A stretch of DNA of 64,000 nt, taken from Diplonema japonicum. Lineage: Eukaryota; Protista; Euglenozoa: Diplonemea. Location of the stretch: positions 124,001 through 188,000 of the forward strand of contig OZ025668.1 in the NCBI GenBank assembly GCA_964019335.1. The letters are read 5' to 3'. Each line of letters begins with the position of its first letter. Position 1 is the first letter of the stretch. The translations under genes and the position numbers were made by a program. Shown here in pieces: positions 45,017-54,523 of the stretch. The notes beneath the pieces were generated by a model. It was not told the DNA's origin. It saw nothing but the letters and a program-made list of their open reading frames with translations, and made no database searches.

Positions 45017-47860
45017 CTACATAAGAGTAAGGAGAGGAGAACCGCTAGCCAAGCTGCCATCATCTTCAGGGAGGCAGACCTCGTACACTGGGATGGGCTT
45101 GTCACCAATATCATCCAACTCATCGATTCTGTTCAACTGGTAGGTGCTATATTTCTTCGCTGTGCCAATAAGATCAACGTACAAACCTTTGACCTTATGC
45201 TCTACGGTTGCTCTGGCTAGCCTATCTGCCACATCCACACACTCACCCATTACGTTTACAAACCTCTTAGATGTTGTACCGATGTTCCCAGTAAGGGCTT
45301 GACCAGAACAGAGACCTACTTGTGTGCCTTTGATCGCCGAAGACATGGACTGTCTTTGCACCAACATTAAGAACTGCAAGCTATTCTCAACGTGTGCAGG
45401 GCATTTCTTTGTTGTATTCCACGCAAGATGAACAGAGGAGCCTGCCACTGTCAGCACCGTCCCTTGCGTCCTCTCCATGTGTGTGAAAAGCATTGTCATC
45501 ACCTCCGAGACCGGCACGTGCGGCTCAGAATGCTTCACCAACCTCGCGGAAAACACAACATCAACATGCCCAACCGTCACCGAGTCCTTCACGACCAGTT
45601 GCTCACCCCTTATCTCTTTATTGATACGCACGGACACCGACATGTCGCTCATTTGCGAGCCTACAGAGCTGCCCCCCTTTGCCTTCCTCAGATCCCCCAT
45701 CATTGCCTCTGTTCTCTTTATAAGCAACTGCGGTACGAGAAGCACCACATCTGCCTTTTCGGTGATCCCGTTCAGAACCCGTTCCCCCATGTTCAGCACT
45801 GCGGGGTTTGCAAGGCAGTCCAGCATCCTCGATGAGGGTGTCGGGAGTGTTGAGGAGTACGGTGTGCTGTACACAGCAGAGGCTTGGCGTGTCGATAGCA
45901 TGTTCTGGTCCACGAGAATGTCGATCATGTCCTGTGTGGTGGCGATGGCTCCTGCAAGGCACACGGACTCCAGGCGTGCTGCCTTGTTGACCGTTGTCCC
46001 GAAGTAGTCGCACCGTCCTGTCAGGTCGTTGATCTGGACATCTACATCGCCGAACTGAACACCGATCCTCACACGGATTCCGTTCATCCCATCCTCCTTG
46101 CTGCACCATGGGAGGGCTAGCAGTGCTGCTGGCCATGTGGCCTTGTATAGTTCTTCTTGTACCTGCAGCGCGAACCTGAAGGCGTCTACTGGTGTCTCAA
46201 AAGCCACCATGAACGCGTCACCGATGGTCTTCACTTCGTAGCCGCCGAACCGCCCCAAGCACTTCCTGATGACGTCATTGTGGATCCTCAGCCCCTTCTT
46301 CATGCCGTCGGGGCAGGCTTCCCACGTGGCTGTTGACGACTTGATGTCTGTGAACACAATGGCAGCGGCGTCGTTCTCCCGTCCAGGTGGCTGTGCCATC
46401 TCAGTGTTGAGCTCGCGAGACTCGGACGTCGAAAGGCTTGTATAGAGTGCCTCAGGGATGTACGGGCGGTAGGTTTTAAGAATGTGCAGGATTTTGATGA
46501 AGGAGGCCTGCACCATTGTCGGGTGCTCGATCTCCAGAAGGTAGTCCAGCTCGTCGAGCTCCATGCGCGCCACCTGCTCTGCCAGGTCACCCGTGATGCG
46601 TGTCGTGTTGTACATCTTGCGCAGCATACGCGTCTGCTCTGTCGCCTTCCACATGATAGCAGACCCGATCAGGATGAACAGCACCACACCACCCACAGGG
46701 CCCAGGATCAGCGGGAGGAGGTCTTCGCTGGTGGGGTCAAGTGTCTCACATGAGATTCCCGATGAGCTGGCGCAGATACAGTTCCCAAGCACACACTCTC
46801 CTCTTTCGCTGCAGTTGCCCGGGCATTCGAACCTCGAAAAGACGTAAAGGTCTTCGTTCATGTAAGTCCCGTTGTTGTCCATTGTACCGCCGACGATGAT
46901 GAGCAGGCCCCGGTAGGCCATCACTTCCATCTCGGAGACGTTGGGGATCCACATCTCACCCGGGCTGTCGGTGCGGTTCACCCGCACCCACTTCTGCGGG
47001 GAGCTGATGTTGAGCAAGGCAATGCCGTTGTTGTGGGACTGCTCGCCCTTCCCACCCACATCGCCGATTAGCAAGATAATATTGTCGCCGAGGTAGGCAG
47101 CGTGGTGTTCCTCACCAGCGATGTCGGTGCTTATGATCTCCCAGCGGTCACCCGGCTCAGCGGTGTCGATGGAAAGGGTGTTTGGCTGTGCTGTGTCGCC
47201 ATAAGTGGTGGTCCCACCGATGACATACGCGGTGCTGCCTACACCAGCACCACCAGGGTCCTCAACAGAAAGGAGGGGCTCAACACGTCTGTCCCACACA
47301 TCGGTGTTCTTGTCGTAAATGTACCAATTCACGTTGAGGCGGATAGAGCTCCCGACCACTACGATGTAGTCTGTAGTTTCAATGGGAACGAAATCTGCGG
47401 AGATTTCATCGTCGCCAGGTGCAAGAGGATCATCACCCTTAGAAGCCATCTTAGTCCAAGTGGAGTTTGTGACATTGAATATCCATGACTGGTCAGCCTT
47501 GCCTCCTAGGAGGTAGATGGTGTTGCGCTGCTCGTCGCAGATCAGGTGGTGTTCTGACCGTACGCCTGGCTTCACTGCAGTGTTTAGTTGGATGGTGGCC
47601 CATCTCATTGTCTCTAAACTTAGCGCATGGAAGGAATCGTTCTGATCGCCTGAGATGAGATCTTCACCACCGTGTACGTACATTGTCTCCTTGAAGATAC
47701 ACGCAGCAGACCCCTTCAACGAGGGAACGTTCAAATTGTTTGGATCTGAATACAGACCTTTTATAACACCCCATTGCACCCCAGGGCGTACCGCGTCTTC
47801 TATGGGTCCCCCCCATACCGTGCATGCTAGCGCCAGTAGTGTATAAACACAGTTTTTCAT
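45017..47860 (-). CDS. Receptor-type adenylate cyclase: signal peptide, Kelch propeller, EGF-like, TM, cyclase, degenerate cyclase
   Basis: Kelch GG motifs (MYVHGG, IYLLGG, YVIGG, IIVGG), EGF CPGNCSERGECVLGNCIC, TM helix, VFTDIKSST / YEVKTIGDAFM / DYFGTTVNKAARLES, then a second cyclase-like fold. Confidence 0.9.
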   Translation of the reverse strand: MKNCVYTLLALACTVWGGPIEDAVRPGVQWGVIKGLYSDPNNLNVPSLKGSAACIFKETMYVHGGEDLISGDQNDSFHALSLETMRWATIQLNTAVKPGVRSEHHLICDEQRNTIYLLGGKADQSWIFNVTNSTWTKMASKGDDPLAPGDDEISADFVPIETTDYIVVVGSSIRLNVNWYIYDKNTDVWDRRVEPLLSVEDPGGAGVGSTAYVIGGTTTYGDTAQPNTLSIDTAEPGDRWEIISTDIAGEEHHAAYLGDNIILLIGDVGGKGEQSHNNGIALLNISSPQKWVRVNRTDSPGEMWIPNVSEMEVMAYRGLLIIVGGTMDNNGTYMNEDLYVFSRFECPGNCSERGECVLGNCICASSSGISCETLDPTSEDLLPLILGPVGGVVLFILIGSAIMWKATEQTRMLRKMYNTTRITGDLAEQVARMELDELDYLLEIEHPTMVQASFIKILHILKTYRPYIPEALYTSLSTSESRELNTEMAQPPGRENDAAAIVFTDIKSSTATWEACPDGMKKGLRIHNDVIRKCLGRFGGYEVKTIGDAFMVAFETPVDAFRFALQVQEELYKATWPAALLALPWCSKEDGMNGIRVRIGVQFGDVDVQINDLTGRCDYFGTTVNKAARLESVCLAGAIATTQDMIDILVDQNMLSTRQASAVYSTPYSSTLPTPSSRMLDCLANPAVLNMGERVLNGITEKADVVLLVPQLLIKRTEAMMGDLRKAKGGSSVGSQMSDMSVSVRINKEIRGEQLVVKDSVTVGHVDVVFSARLVKHSEPHVPVSEVMTMLFTHMERTQGTVLTVAGSSVHLAWNTTKKCPAHVENSLQFLMLVQRQSMSSAIKGTQVGLCSGQALTGNIGTTSKRFVNVMGECVDVADRLARATVEHKVKGLYVDLIGTAKKYSTYQLNRIDELDDIGDKPIPVYEVCLPEDDGSLASGSPLLTLM

Positions 47861-47880
47861 TTTTTTTTTTTCTTCTCCAC

Positions 47881-47911
<31 letters not shown>

Positions 47912-49141
47912 CTTTTTTTTTTTTCCCTTTTCCCCCGGTGAAGTTTCAGGGAAACAAAAAAAAATCCTAAAAAAAAAAAAAGAAGATCGGAAAATTCTTT
48001 TTTTTTTTTTCCCTTCCCTCTGGGTGGGGGGGTAAGAAGATGTAAAAGAAAAAAAAAATAAATAATAAAAACAAAAAATGAAAGGAAAAAAAAAAGAAAA
48101 AAAAAGGAAAACGAAAAAGTAAAAAAATTAAAATGAAAAAGGTAGGGGGGGGGGGGGGATGAAATAAGGGGGAAAAAAAAAGAATAAATGGTTGGGAAGG
48201 GGTAGGAATGTGCTTTTGCGGTCCCCATGAAGTTCCCCCCTTTTTTTTTAAAGCTCTCTTCTCTCCTCTGCTACTTCCCACCGCTGTTACCGAAGCCTTT
48301 ATCGTCGTAGGCAGCCACCTATGGCCATTTCTTCTGCTTCACTAATCTCTCTTCCATTCACACCCAGTAAGTCTTTTTTGTTTCAAATAACAGCTATTCG
48401 GGGGGGACCTTCGTCACCAGGGACTGAAAAAAAAAATTGCAAGGAACTGAGGCCTCAAAGCCTACCTTCTCGAAAAGCAGAAGAAAAATCTAAAAGCCTG
48501 GGGGGTGGGGGGGGGGGAAGAAAAAAAAAGGGTAGGAAAATGGGCTACGTGTTTTGGGGGGGAAAAAAAAATAAAAATTAAAAAAGAAGGGGGGGGAGAG
48601 AATGATAATAAAAAATAAACCAATAAAAAGAGAGGGAAAAAAAAATGGGTAGAATAAAAAAAAAATGAAACTATGGTTGGGAGAGGGGGAAAAAATATAA
48701 AATAAAATCGTCGTGTTAAGAGTGCCTAAGGAAAAAAAGCAGGGGGCTTTCGTTCAGAATATTTCTTTTTCTTCTGTTTTGCTTTCTTTTGTTTTTCTTT
48801 CCTTTTTTCTTTTCCCTCCCCTATCCTGAGAAGAGAGGCTCATGTAAGGCAACAAGTAAAAAAAAAAGGGAGGGAAAGAAAACCCAAGAGAAACAAAGAA
48901 AATACAGGAGAAAAAAAAAAAGCATATATGACAAAACATGGTGTAGCTGAAGCCTTTTCCCTTAACTCTTCTTTTTGCATCAGTGCGAGCAAGCAAGGGT
49001 GTGTGAGGCGCTGGGGGGAGCTGATCAAGAAAAAAAGAAAATGAAAAGAAAAATCGGGAATGGGAAGAAACAAAAAAAAATAAAAGAAATGATAAGGGGG
49101 AAAAAAAAGCAAAAAAAAAGAAGAAGAAAAAAAGAGAGAAA

Positions 49142-49172
<31 letters not shown>

Positions 49173-49175
<3 letters not shown>

Positions 49176-49214
49176 ACATTTAAGGGTACCTGCGGTATGT
49201 GGCAGGACGCCTAG
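49173..49214. repeat. ~40-nt dispersed hairpin element, copy D (subtype 2)
   Basis: GAGACATTTAAGGGTACCTGCGGTATGTGGCAGGACGCCTAG between A-runs. Confidence 0.85.
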
Positions 49215-49964
49215 AAAAAAAAAAAAAAAAACGACGTTGCCCTCAGTATCAACGTTAGTATCAAACCTTTTTCTCTCAAAAAAAAAAATCAACACCTACG
49301 CATAAAGAAGCAATGCCAATAGTGTTCGTCTTCCCCTCTCCCCTTTTTCTCCTTCGCTATTTTATTCATTCTGTTAAGTAATCAAAAAAGAAAAAAAAAT
49401 GACTTAAAAAATTAATGCTAACGTCAAAGAGTGGGGACCTTCCCCCCCCCCCCCCCCCCCCTATCTCTCTTCTTTCACCTTTCCTTTCTCTTGTCAGCAA
49501 CAAGCAAGAGGTGGGCACGAGGGTGGTAGGAAGCCAGCAGGAGGAAAACACGAAGACGGGGCGAAGGAAAATTTTCAAAAAAAAAAAAAAGAATTCACAA
49601 AAAAAAAAAACTTTTTTTTTGTCACCGTAACTTTCCCAGGGGGGCGGGGCTACGGGGGGTCGCCTGACATATCTTTCCTTCAGGGGAACCCTTTCGTTTT
49701 ACATCCCAAATTTCCTCAAAGTGGCACACTAGAAGTCAAAAGCACCATCTAAAAATTAGGGGAAACATCATGCTACATACGGAGTAGCCCCCAAAAAGGA
49801 AAATAGACTAACCGACAAAGGCTTTGTCTAACCTTCGTACACCCAATGAGCTAGGTGCCATGCCAAACCACGGTGTGCTACAATAAGAAGTTCAGGACGT
49901 AATCAATGTGGGCTTGTGCATGGGGTGGGGAACAGAAAAAAGGGGGAAATAAAAAGAAATCTTC

Positions 49965-51698
49965 TTAGTTAGTCTTCCCAGCACCACGGTTGCCGGCAGG
50001 CTGCTGCGGGTAGGTAGGGTACGGCGAAGGCGAGTACCTGTAGCGGTGGTGGTGAATACAACCGGGGGGGGATGCATACGAAGAAGGAGGAAGCTGCTTG
50101 TCATTGTAGCCGAAGGGGGTGCCCTGCGCGCCCTTCCCCTGCGAGTAGTAGTCTTCACCACCTGCGGCGTAGGCTGCAGGAGGGTACCCCGTCGGCATGG
50201 GGGGGTAGTACCCGTAACCACCAGGGTACCCTGCATACCCAGGGGGGGATGAGTACCAGTTCGGCCACTGCTGGTGCCTCTGCCAGTAGTGCCCCCACTG
50301 CTGCATGTTGAGGTTGTAGGGGTACTGCGTCGGAGGCATCCCTGGTGCGCCCTTCCCACCCTGCGGCACACCTGCGGCCGCAACGTGCTGCTGCGCCGCC
50401 TGAGGAGGCTGCTGGGAAGGCTGCTGCGACTGCTTGTTGGCGTTGTTGTTGTTGCTGCTGTTGTTGTTGTTCTGCGCCTTGTTCTGTTTAAAAGGAATAA
50501 TGGTTTTTGTTGCATGTTTTGTAAAGCAAACCTGGTACTGGCCACGCCCCTTAGGGGGGTTCTGCGGCGCGTTACCCTTCTTGCCGAAGTGGTGCCCGTT
50601 GGGCCTGCTGTGCCCACCCATGCTGTGCCCACCCATGCTGGGCCCTTCGTGCTTCATGGCACTGCTGGGACCGTCGTACGAGGTAGCGGAGCCGAAGTGC
50701 TCACGGTTGACGTGCATGGGGTTGGGCTGCGAACCCCCCATTCCCCAGCTGCTTCTGTCCAGCACCTTGGGTGCGTTGGCGGGATGCACGGGCGTGGTAG
50801 AGGTTGTGGTAGCAGTGGTAGTGGCAGTCTCGGGCTGGGGGATAGGTGCAACGGGGGTGGACTGGGGAGGCTGTGGCTGTGTCTGGGGAGGCTGTGGCTG
50901 CGGCTGCATGGGGGAGATGGGAGTCGACTGTGCGGCGTATGTGGTGTGTGAACAGCATACCTCTTGCGTCTCCTCTGCCCAAGACTCAGTGGTGTTCGCG
51001 AAGGGGGGCGACATAGGCGACTTCTTCGGTGTGGGCACGGGCTCGTCCCTCTCAGTACCGTCGAAGGTGTACTCTGTGTTAGACGTGATGGCGTTGGGGG
51101 GAAGCATCACAAGGTCCTTCTGCTGGTCGAACTTCCTGCCGGCGTCGGCATCGCTGGTGGCGATGGTTCTGTGGTGGATGGTCTCCGCCTCCACGATGAC
51201 GAGCTCGTCCTGCGCGTCGAACACTGACCTCTGGACAGGCTTGGGGGCCTCCTTGACGGGGGCGGCCTTCTCAGCCTTCTTCTTCTTCTTCTTTTCCTTC
51301 TTTGCAGGCTCCTTGGCCTCGACAGGCTCCGGCACGGGCGCAGGGGTGGGGGCTTCCACCTCCTTCTTCTCCTCCTTCTGCTCAACAGGCACCTCCTTGG
51401 GGGCCTCCTTCTTCTCCTCTACGGGTGCTGGCACAGGGGCAGCAACTGCGGCGGCGGCATTCTTGCCGGTCACAGCCGCCCACGACATTTTGCTGCTCGC
51501 CACGCTCTCCTTGAACTCATACTCCTTAATGGACGGGCCCTGCGGCTCAGGAATCACCTCCTTCTTCTTCTCCTCCTTAGGCTTCGCGCCAGCCACTGGT
51601 CTTCCGAACTTCCCTCCCTTCGGTCCCTGGGCAGCTCCCGTGCCCTTGCTCTTCCCCTTATTGTTTGATGAGTTGCGCTGGCCTGATGTTTCTGCCAT
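49965..51698 (-). CDS. Low-complexity Lys/Pro/Gln/Tyr-rich protein, possibly UBAP2L/Def1-like
   Basis: 577-aa ORF with KMSWAAV and VMLPP...YTFDG motifs and a YP-rich tail; three probable in-frame introns (50960-50928, 50531-50484, 50079-50038). The family call is tentative. Confidence 0.6.
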   Translation of the reverse strand: MAETSGQRNSSNNKGKSKGTGAAQGPKGGKFGRPVAGAKPKEEKKKEVIPEPQGPSIKEYEFKESVASSKMSWAAVTGKNAAAAVAAPVPAPVEEKKEAPKEVPVEQKEEKKEVEAPTPAPVPEPVEAKEPAKKEKKKKKKAEKAAPVKEAPKPVQRSVFDAQDELVIVEAETIHHRTIATSDADAGRKFDQQKDLVMLPPNAITSNTEYTFDGTERDEPVPTPKKSPMSPPFANTTESWAEETQEVCCSHTTYAAQSTPISPMQPQPQPPQTQPQPPQSTPVAPIPQPETATTTATTTSTTPVHPANAPKVLDRSSWGMGGSQPNPMHVNREHFGSATSYDGPSSAMKHEGPSMGGHSMGGHSRPNGHHFGKKGNAPQNPPKGRGQYQVCFTKHATKTIIPFKQNKAQNNNNSSNNNNANKQSQQPSQQPPQAAQQHVAAAGVPQGGKGAPGMPPTQYPYNLNMQQWGHYWQRHQQWPNWYSSPPGYAGYPGGYGYYPPMPTGYPPAAYAAGGEDYYSQGKGAQGTPFGYNDKQLPPSSYASPPGCIHHHRYRYSPSPYPTYPQQPAGNRGAGKTN

Positions 51699-52248
51699 CT
51701 CTAATGCTAATTACTTTTTCCTTTACTCTTCTTTTAATTCGCTTTCTGATATTTTTTGATGTTGGTCGTGGGGAATAAAAAAAAGAGATCAAAAAAATAA
51801 ATATTTAATCGGGGAAACGATGGTTTCACTGGGGGGACCAAAAAAAGAAAAGAGAGAATTATCTTTTACGGCGTTCGCTCTCCTGGGAGTGCTCGTGGAG
51901 CCTCAACAGGAGGAAATGGGGGGGGGGGGAGAAAATTGGGGGGACAAGTTGTAGATTGGAAGCAACAAAAAAGAAAAACCAGAACGTGGTTCTGGTTCTT
52001 AATCGGTATTTTTTCTTTTTTTCTTTTTAGACGCATCCCATCCTCGGAGGCCCCATCACCTCCTCCCGTCCCCGCCCTCTTTTTCAGAAACACAAAAAAA
52101 TATCCATGGAACAAAAAAATAAAAATAAAACCGTTCACCATTTTTTTTTTTTTTTCAAATCAAAATTTCAAAGTCTTTTTTTTTTCTCAAATAAAAAAAA
52201 AACGGGGCACTATGAAGGGGGGGCACACGATCCACCAAAAAAAGTTAA

Positions 52249-52390
52249 AAATATAAGAGAAAAAGGCAGTATTGGTGGCGCCCTGCACAAGCACTGTCTA
52301 CTTGATAACAGAGTGCACCTCCTTAGCTGTAGCTTCTTCTGCATTCCACGTCGTGTCCTGCGTGCGTTGTGCAGCTCAAACCTCCCCCTG
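52249..52390 (-). mobile_element. SINE-like retroposon, copy 2 (5'-truncated)
   Basis: GGCGCCCTGCACAAG...CTGTCTACTTGAT...TGTAGCTTCTTCTGC...CAGCTCAA shared with 16225-16370. Confidence 0.65.
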
Positions 52391-52477
52391 AAAAAAAAAA
52401 AAAAAAAACAACAAGAATTGTGCAAAAAGTAGTTATTCACACGCAAACAGAATATCACTTGAGAAAGGGGGAACAAA

Positions 52478-53235
52478 AAAAATATATATGAGTTAAAGGA
52501 AGTCTTTGTGAGACGCCCCCTTGTTCTCATGCTCTACCTGCACCTATCCCCCTTCAGCAGCGGTTTCTCCTTCTTCGGTGGTCGTGCCGGCCTCCGCCTT
52601 GCACAGTTCTGGAGACCTGTCCTCGTCAGTGTTCAGGTCGCCGACAACGAGTATGGGTACGTTGCCGAGCTCCTTCGCCTTCTTCTGCAGGATGTAGTGG
52701 AGGAGGGCCTCCCTCTTTGCCGTTTCTTCTCGCCCTGCTCCCGACGGGCAGTAAACCGAGATGATGTGCAGCCATTTGCGCTTGCCGTCGATCGCGACCT
52801 GCGTGTGCAGCCACCAGTGTCTCCCTCAGCTTCTTGTTGTCTTCTCCCCTTTCGCCACCACCATCCGCAGCGGTTGGAGTTTCCATGCCTCTGTCAAGGG
52901 CATTTGGTTCTCTCCTACTTGGACTTCCCCGAACGGGGGTCGGACAACCGCCTGGATAATGGCGAGCTGTTTCCCTTTCTTGGGGATCATCCGGAGCACC
53001 TCCGCACCTTCCCACCCCTTCGTGCGGATCACCTCCTGCACCTGCCCTGCTGTGTGCGTCCTTGCTTCCCCTTCCTCCATCACCAGCCCGATCCCCCTCC
53101 CGTTGCTGATGATGGCTGCCTCGGGCCCCGCCGCCTTCCGTGCCTCCGACACGCTCCACGTCTTTAGCCACAACGGTGGCGCGTCCTCTTTCCTCCTCCT
53201 TCGTTCTTCGATGTACATACCGGTTCCCCAGCCAT
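52478..53235 (-). mobile_element. Internally deleted LINE derivative: frameshifted APE endonuclease fused to the element's 3' end
   Basis: Minus-strand frames give GRGIGLVM, then HIISVYCPSG and ILVVGDLN (EEP/APE motifs). These are followed directly by PPKKEKPLLKGDRCR* and ACAAGGGGGCGT...CTTCCTTTAACTCAT, homologous to the end of the 10085-11095 fragment. Confidence 0.8.
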
Positions 53236-53319
53236 GATTGATTGTGATTTTGTTAATTCCAACCCAATATCCAGCCCCTGAAAAAAAAAATAAAAAAATA
53301 AAAAAACCTTTTCTTTTTT

Positions 53320-54477
53320 TTAGAACTTGGAAATGGCGTTCTTGAGGTGTGCCACGTACTGGTCGGGTTCCGCGATTTTGTCGAGCCCGAAGAAGCCGAA
53401 CCTGAATGTGTTGAAGGGCTGCGGCTCGTCAATCTTAAGCGGGACACCACCAGCGATCTGCACGCCCTGCGCCTTGAACTTGCCGACGAGCTCAGGGCCG
53501 CCGTAAGACACAAGGACACCAGGAGCACCGAAACCATCAGCAGCGATGGACTTGTACCCAAAGCTGGCAATCATATCCCGCATCTTTTCGCCAAGTTCGA
53601 TCTGCCCCGCCTTTGCCTTCTCGAACCCGAAGGCCCTTGTCTCGTCAATGACGTCGTTAAAAGTCCTGAGCGCGTCGGTGGGCATGGTGCAGTGGTACAT
53701 GTGCTCACCCGCTTCGTACTTCTCCATAAGGGTGACCCATGTCTTGAGGTTCATGACGAACGAGGTGCTCTGCGTGCTGTCCAGCTGCTCCCTTGCCCGC
53801 TCGCCGAGCATCACAAGCCCGGCGCATGCAGGGCCCGTCCAGCCCTTCTGCGGTGCGGACAGCAAGATATCAACCCCCAACGCCTTCATGTCAACCCACA
53901 CAGCACCAGACGCAATGCAGTCCAACAAAAACAACGCCCCAACCTCCCTTGCTGCCTCGGAAAGGGTTTTAATGTACGAATCGGGAAGGATCATTCCCGC
54001 GGAGGTCTCAACGTGAGGGGCGAAGATGATCTCAGGCCTTTCCTGGCGGATCTTCTCCACAGCCTGCTCAATGGGGTACGGGACGAAGGCAGGCTCTGCG
54101 GAACCATCGACAGGCTGTGCCTTCATCAAGGTGGTGCTGGAGGGGATGGCACAGTCGTCGAGGATCTGGCTCCACCTGAAAGAGAAAAACCCGTTTCTGA
54201 ACACCATAGCCTTCTTCCCGGTGGCGAACTGTCTGGCTGCGGCCTCCATCCCGAATGAGCCGCTCCCGGGCACCACTGCTACTGAGGTTGCGTTGTACAC
54301 CTCCTTCATGCCCTTGGAGATGCCCTGCATGGTGTCGACGAAGGTGGGTGACATGTGGTTCAGAGCCCTGTCGCTGTACACCACACTGTACTCAGCAAGC
54401 TCGCCCTTCTGCTGAGCAATGTTCCTGTTCTGGCTCTTAAGAGCGCTCCTGCACAGTGCCCTCCTGGTCATTTGCAT
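53320..54477 (-). CDS. Class V PLP aminotransferase (alanine-glyoxylate/serine-pyruvate family) with probable mitochondrial presequence
   Basis: PGSGSFGMEA, HVETSAG, LDCIAS, SAPQKGW (PLP lysine), FRFGFFG; Arg-rich, acid-free N-terminus MQMTRRALCRSALK. Confidence 0.9.
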   Translation of the reverse strand: MQMTRRALCRSALKSQNRNIAQQKGELAEYSVVYSDRALNHMSPTFVDTMQGISKGMKEVYNATSVAVVPGSGSFGMEAAARQFATGKKAMVFRNGFFSFRWSQILDDCAIPSSTTLMKAQPVDGSAEPAFVPYPIEQAVEKIRQERPEIIFAPHVETSAGMILPDSYIKTLSEAAREVGALFLLDCIASGAVWVDMKALGVDILLSAPQKGWTGPACAGLVMLGERAREQLDSTQSTSFVMNLKTWVTLMEKYEAGEHMYHCTMPTDALRTFNDVIDETRAFGFEKAKAGQIELGEKMRDMIASFGYKSIAADGFGAPGVLVSYGGPELVGKFKAQGVQIAGGVPLKIDEPQPFNTFRFGFFGLDKIAEPDQYVAHLKNAISKF

Positions 54478-54523
54478 TTTTTCTTTTTGCTTTCTTTTTT
54501 TTTTGCTGTGGTTTTTATTTTAA

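Noticed and set aside
49189-49214. Helitron 3' end (hairpin plus CTRR)
   Set aside because: CTRR is present in only two of four copies and spaced too closely; duplicated flanks argue against a Helitron.
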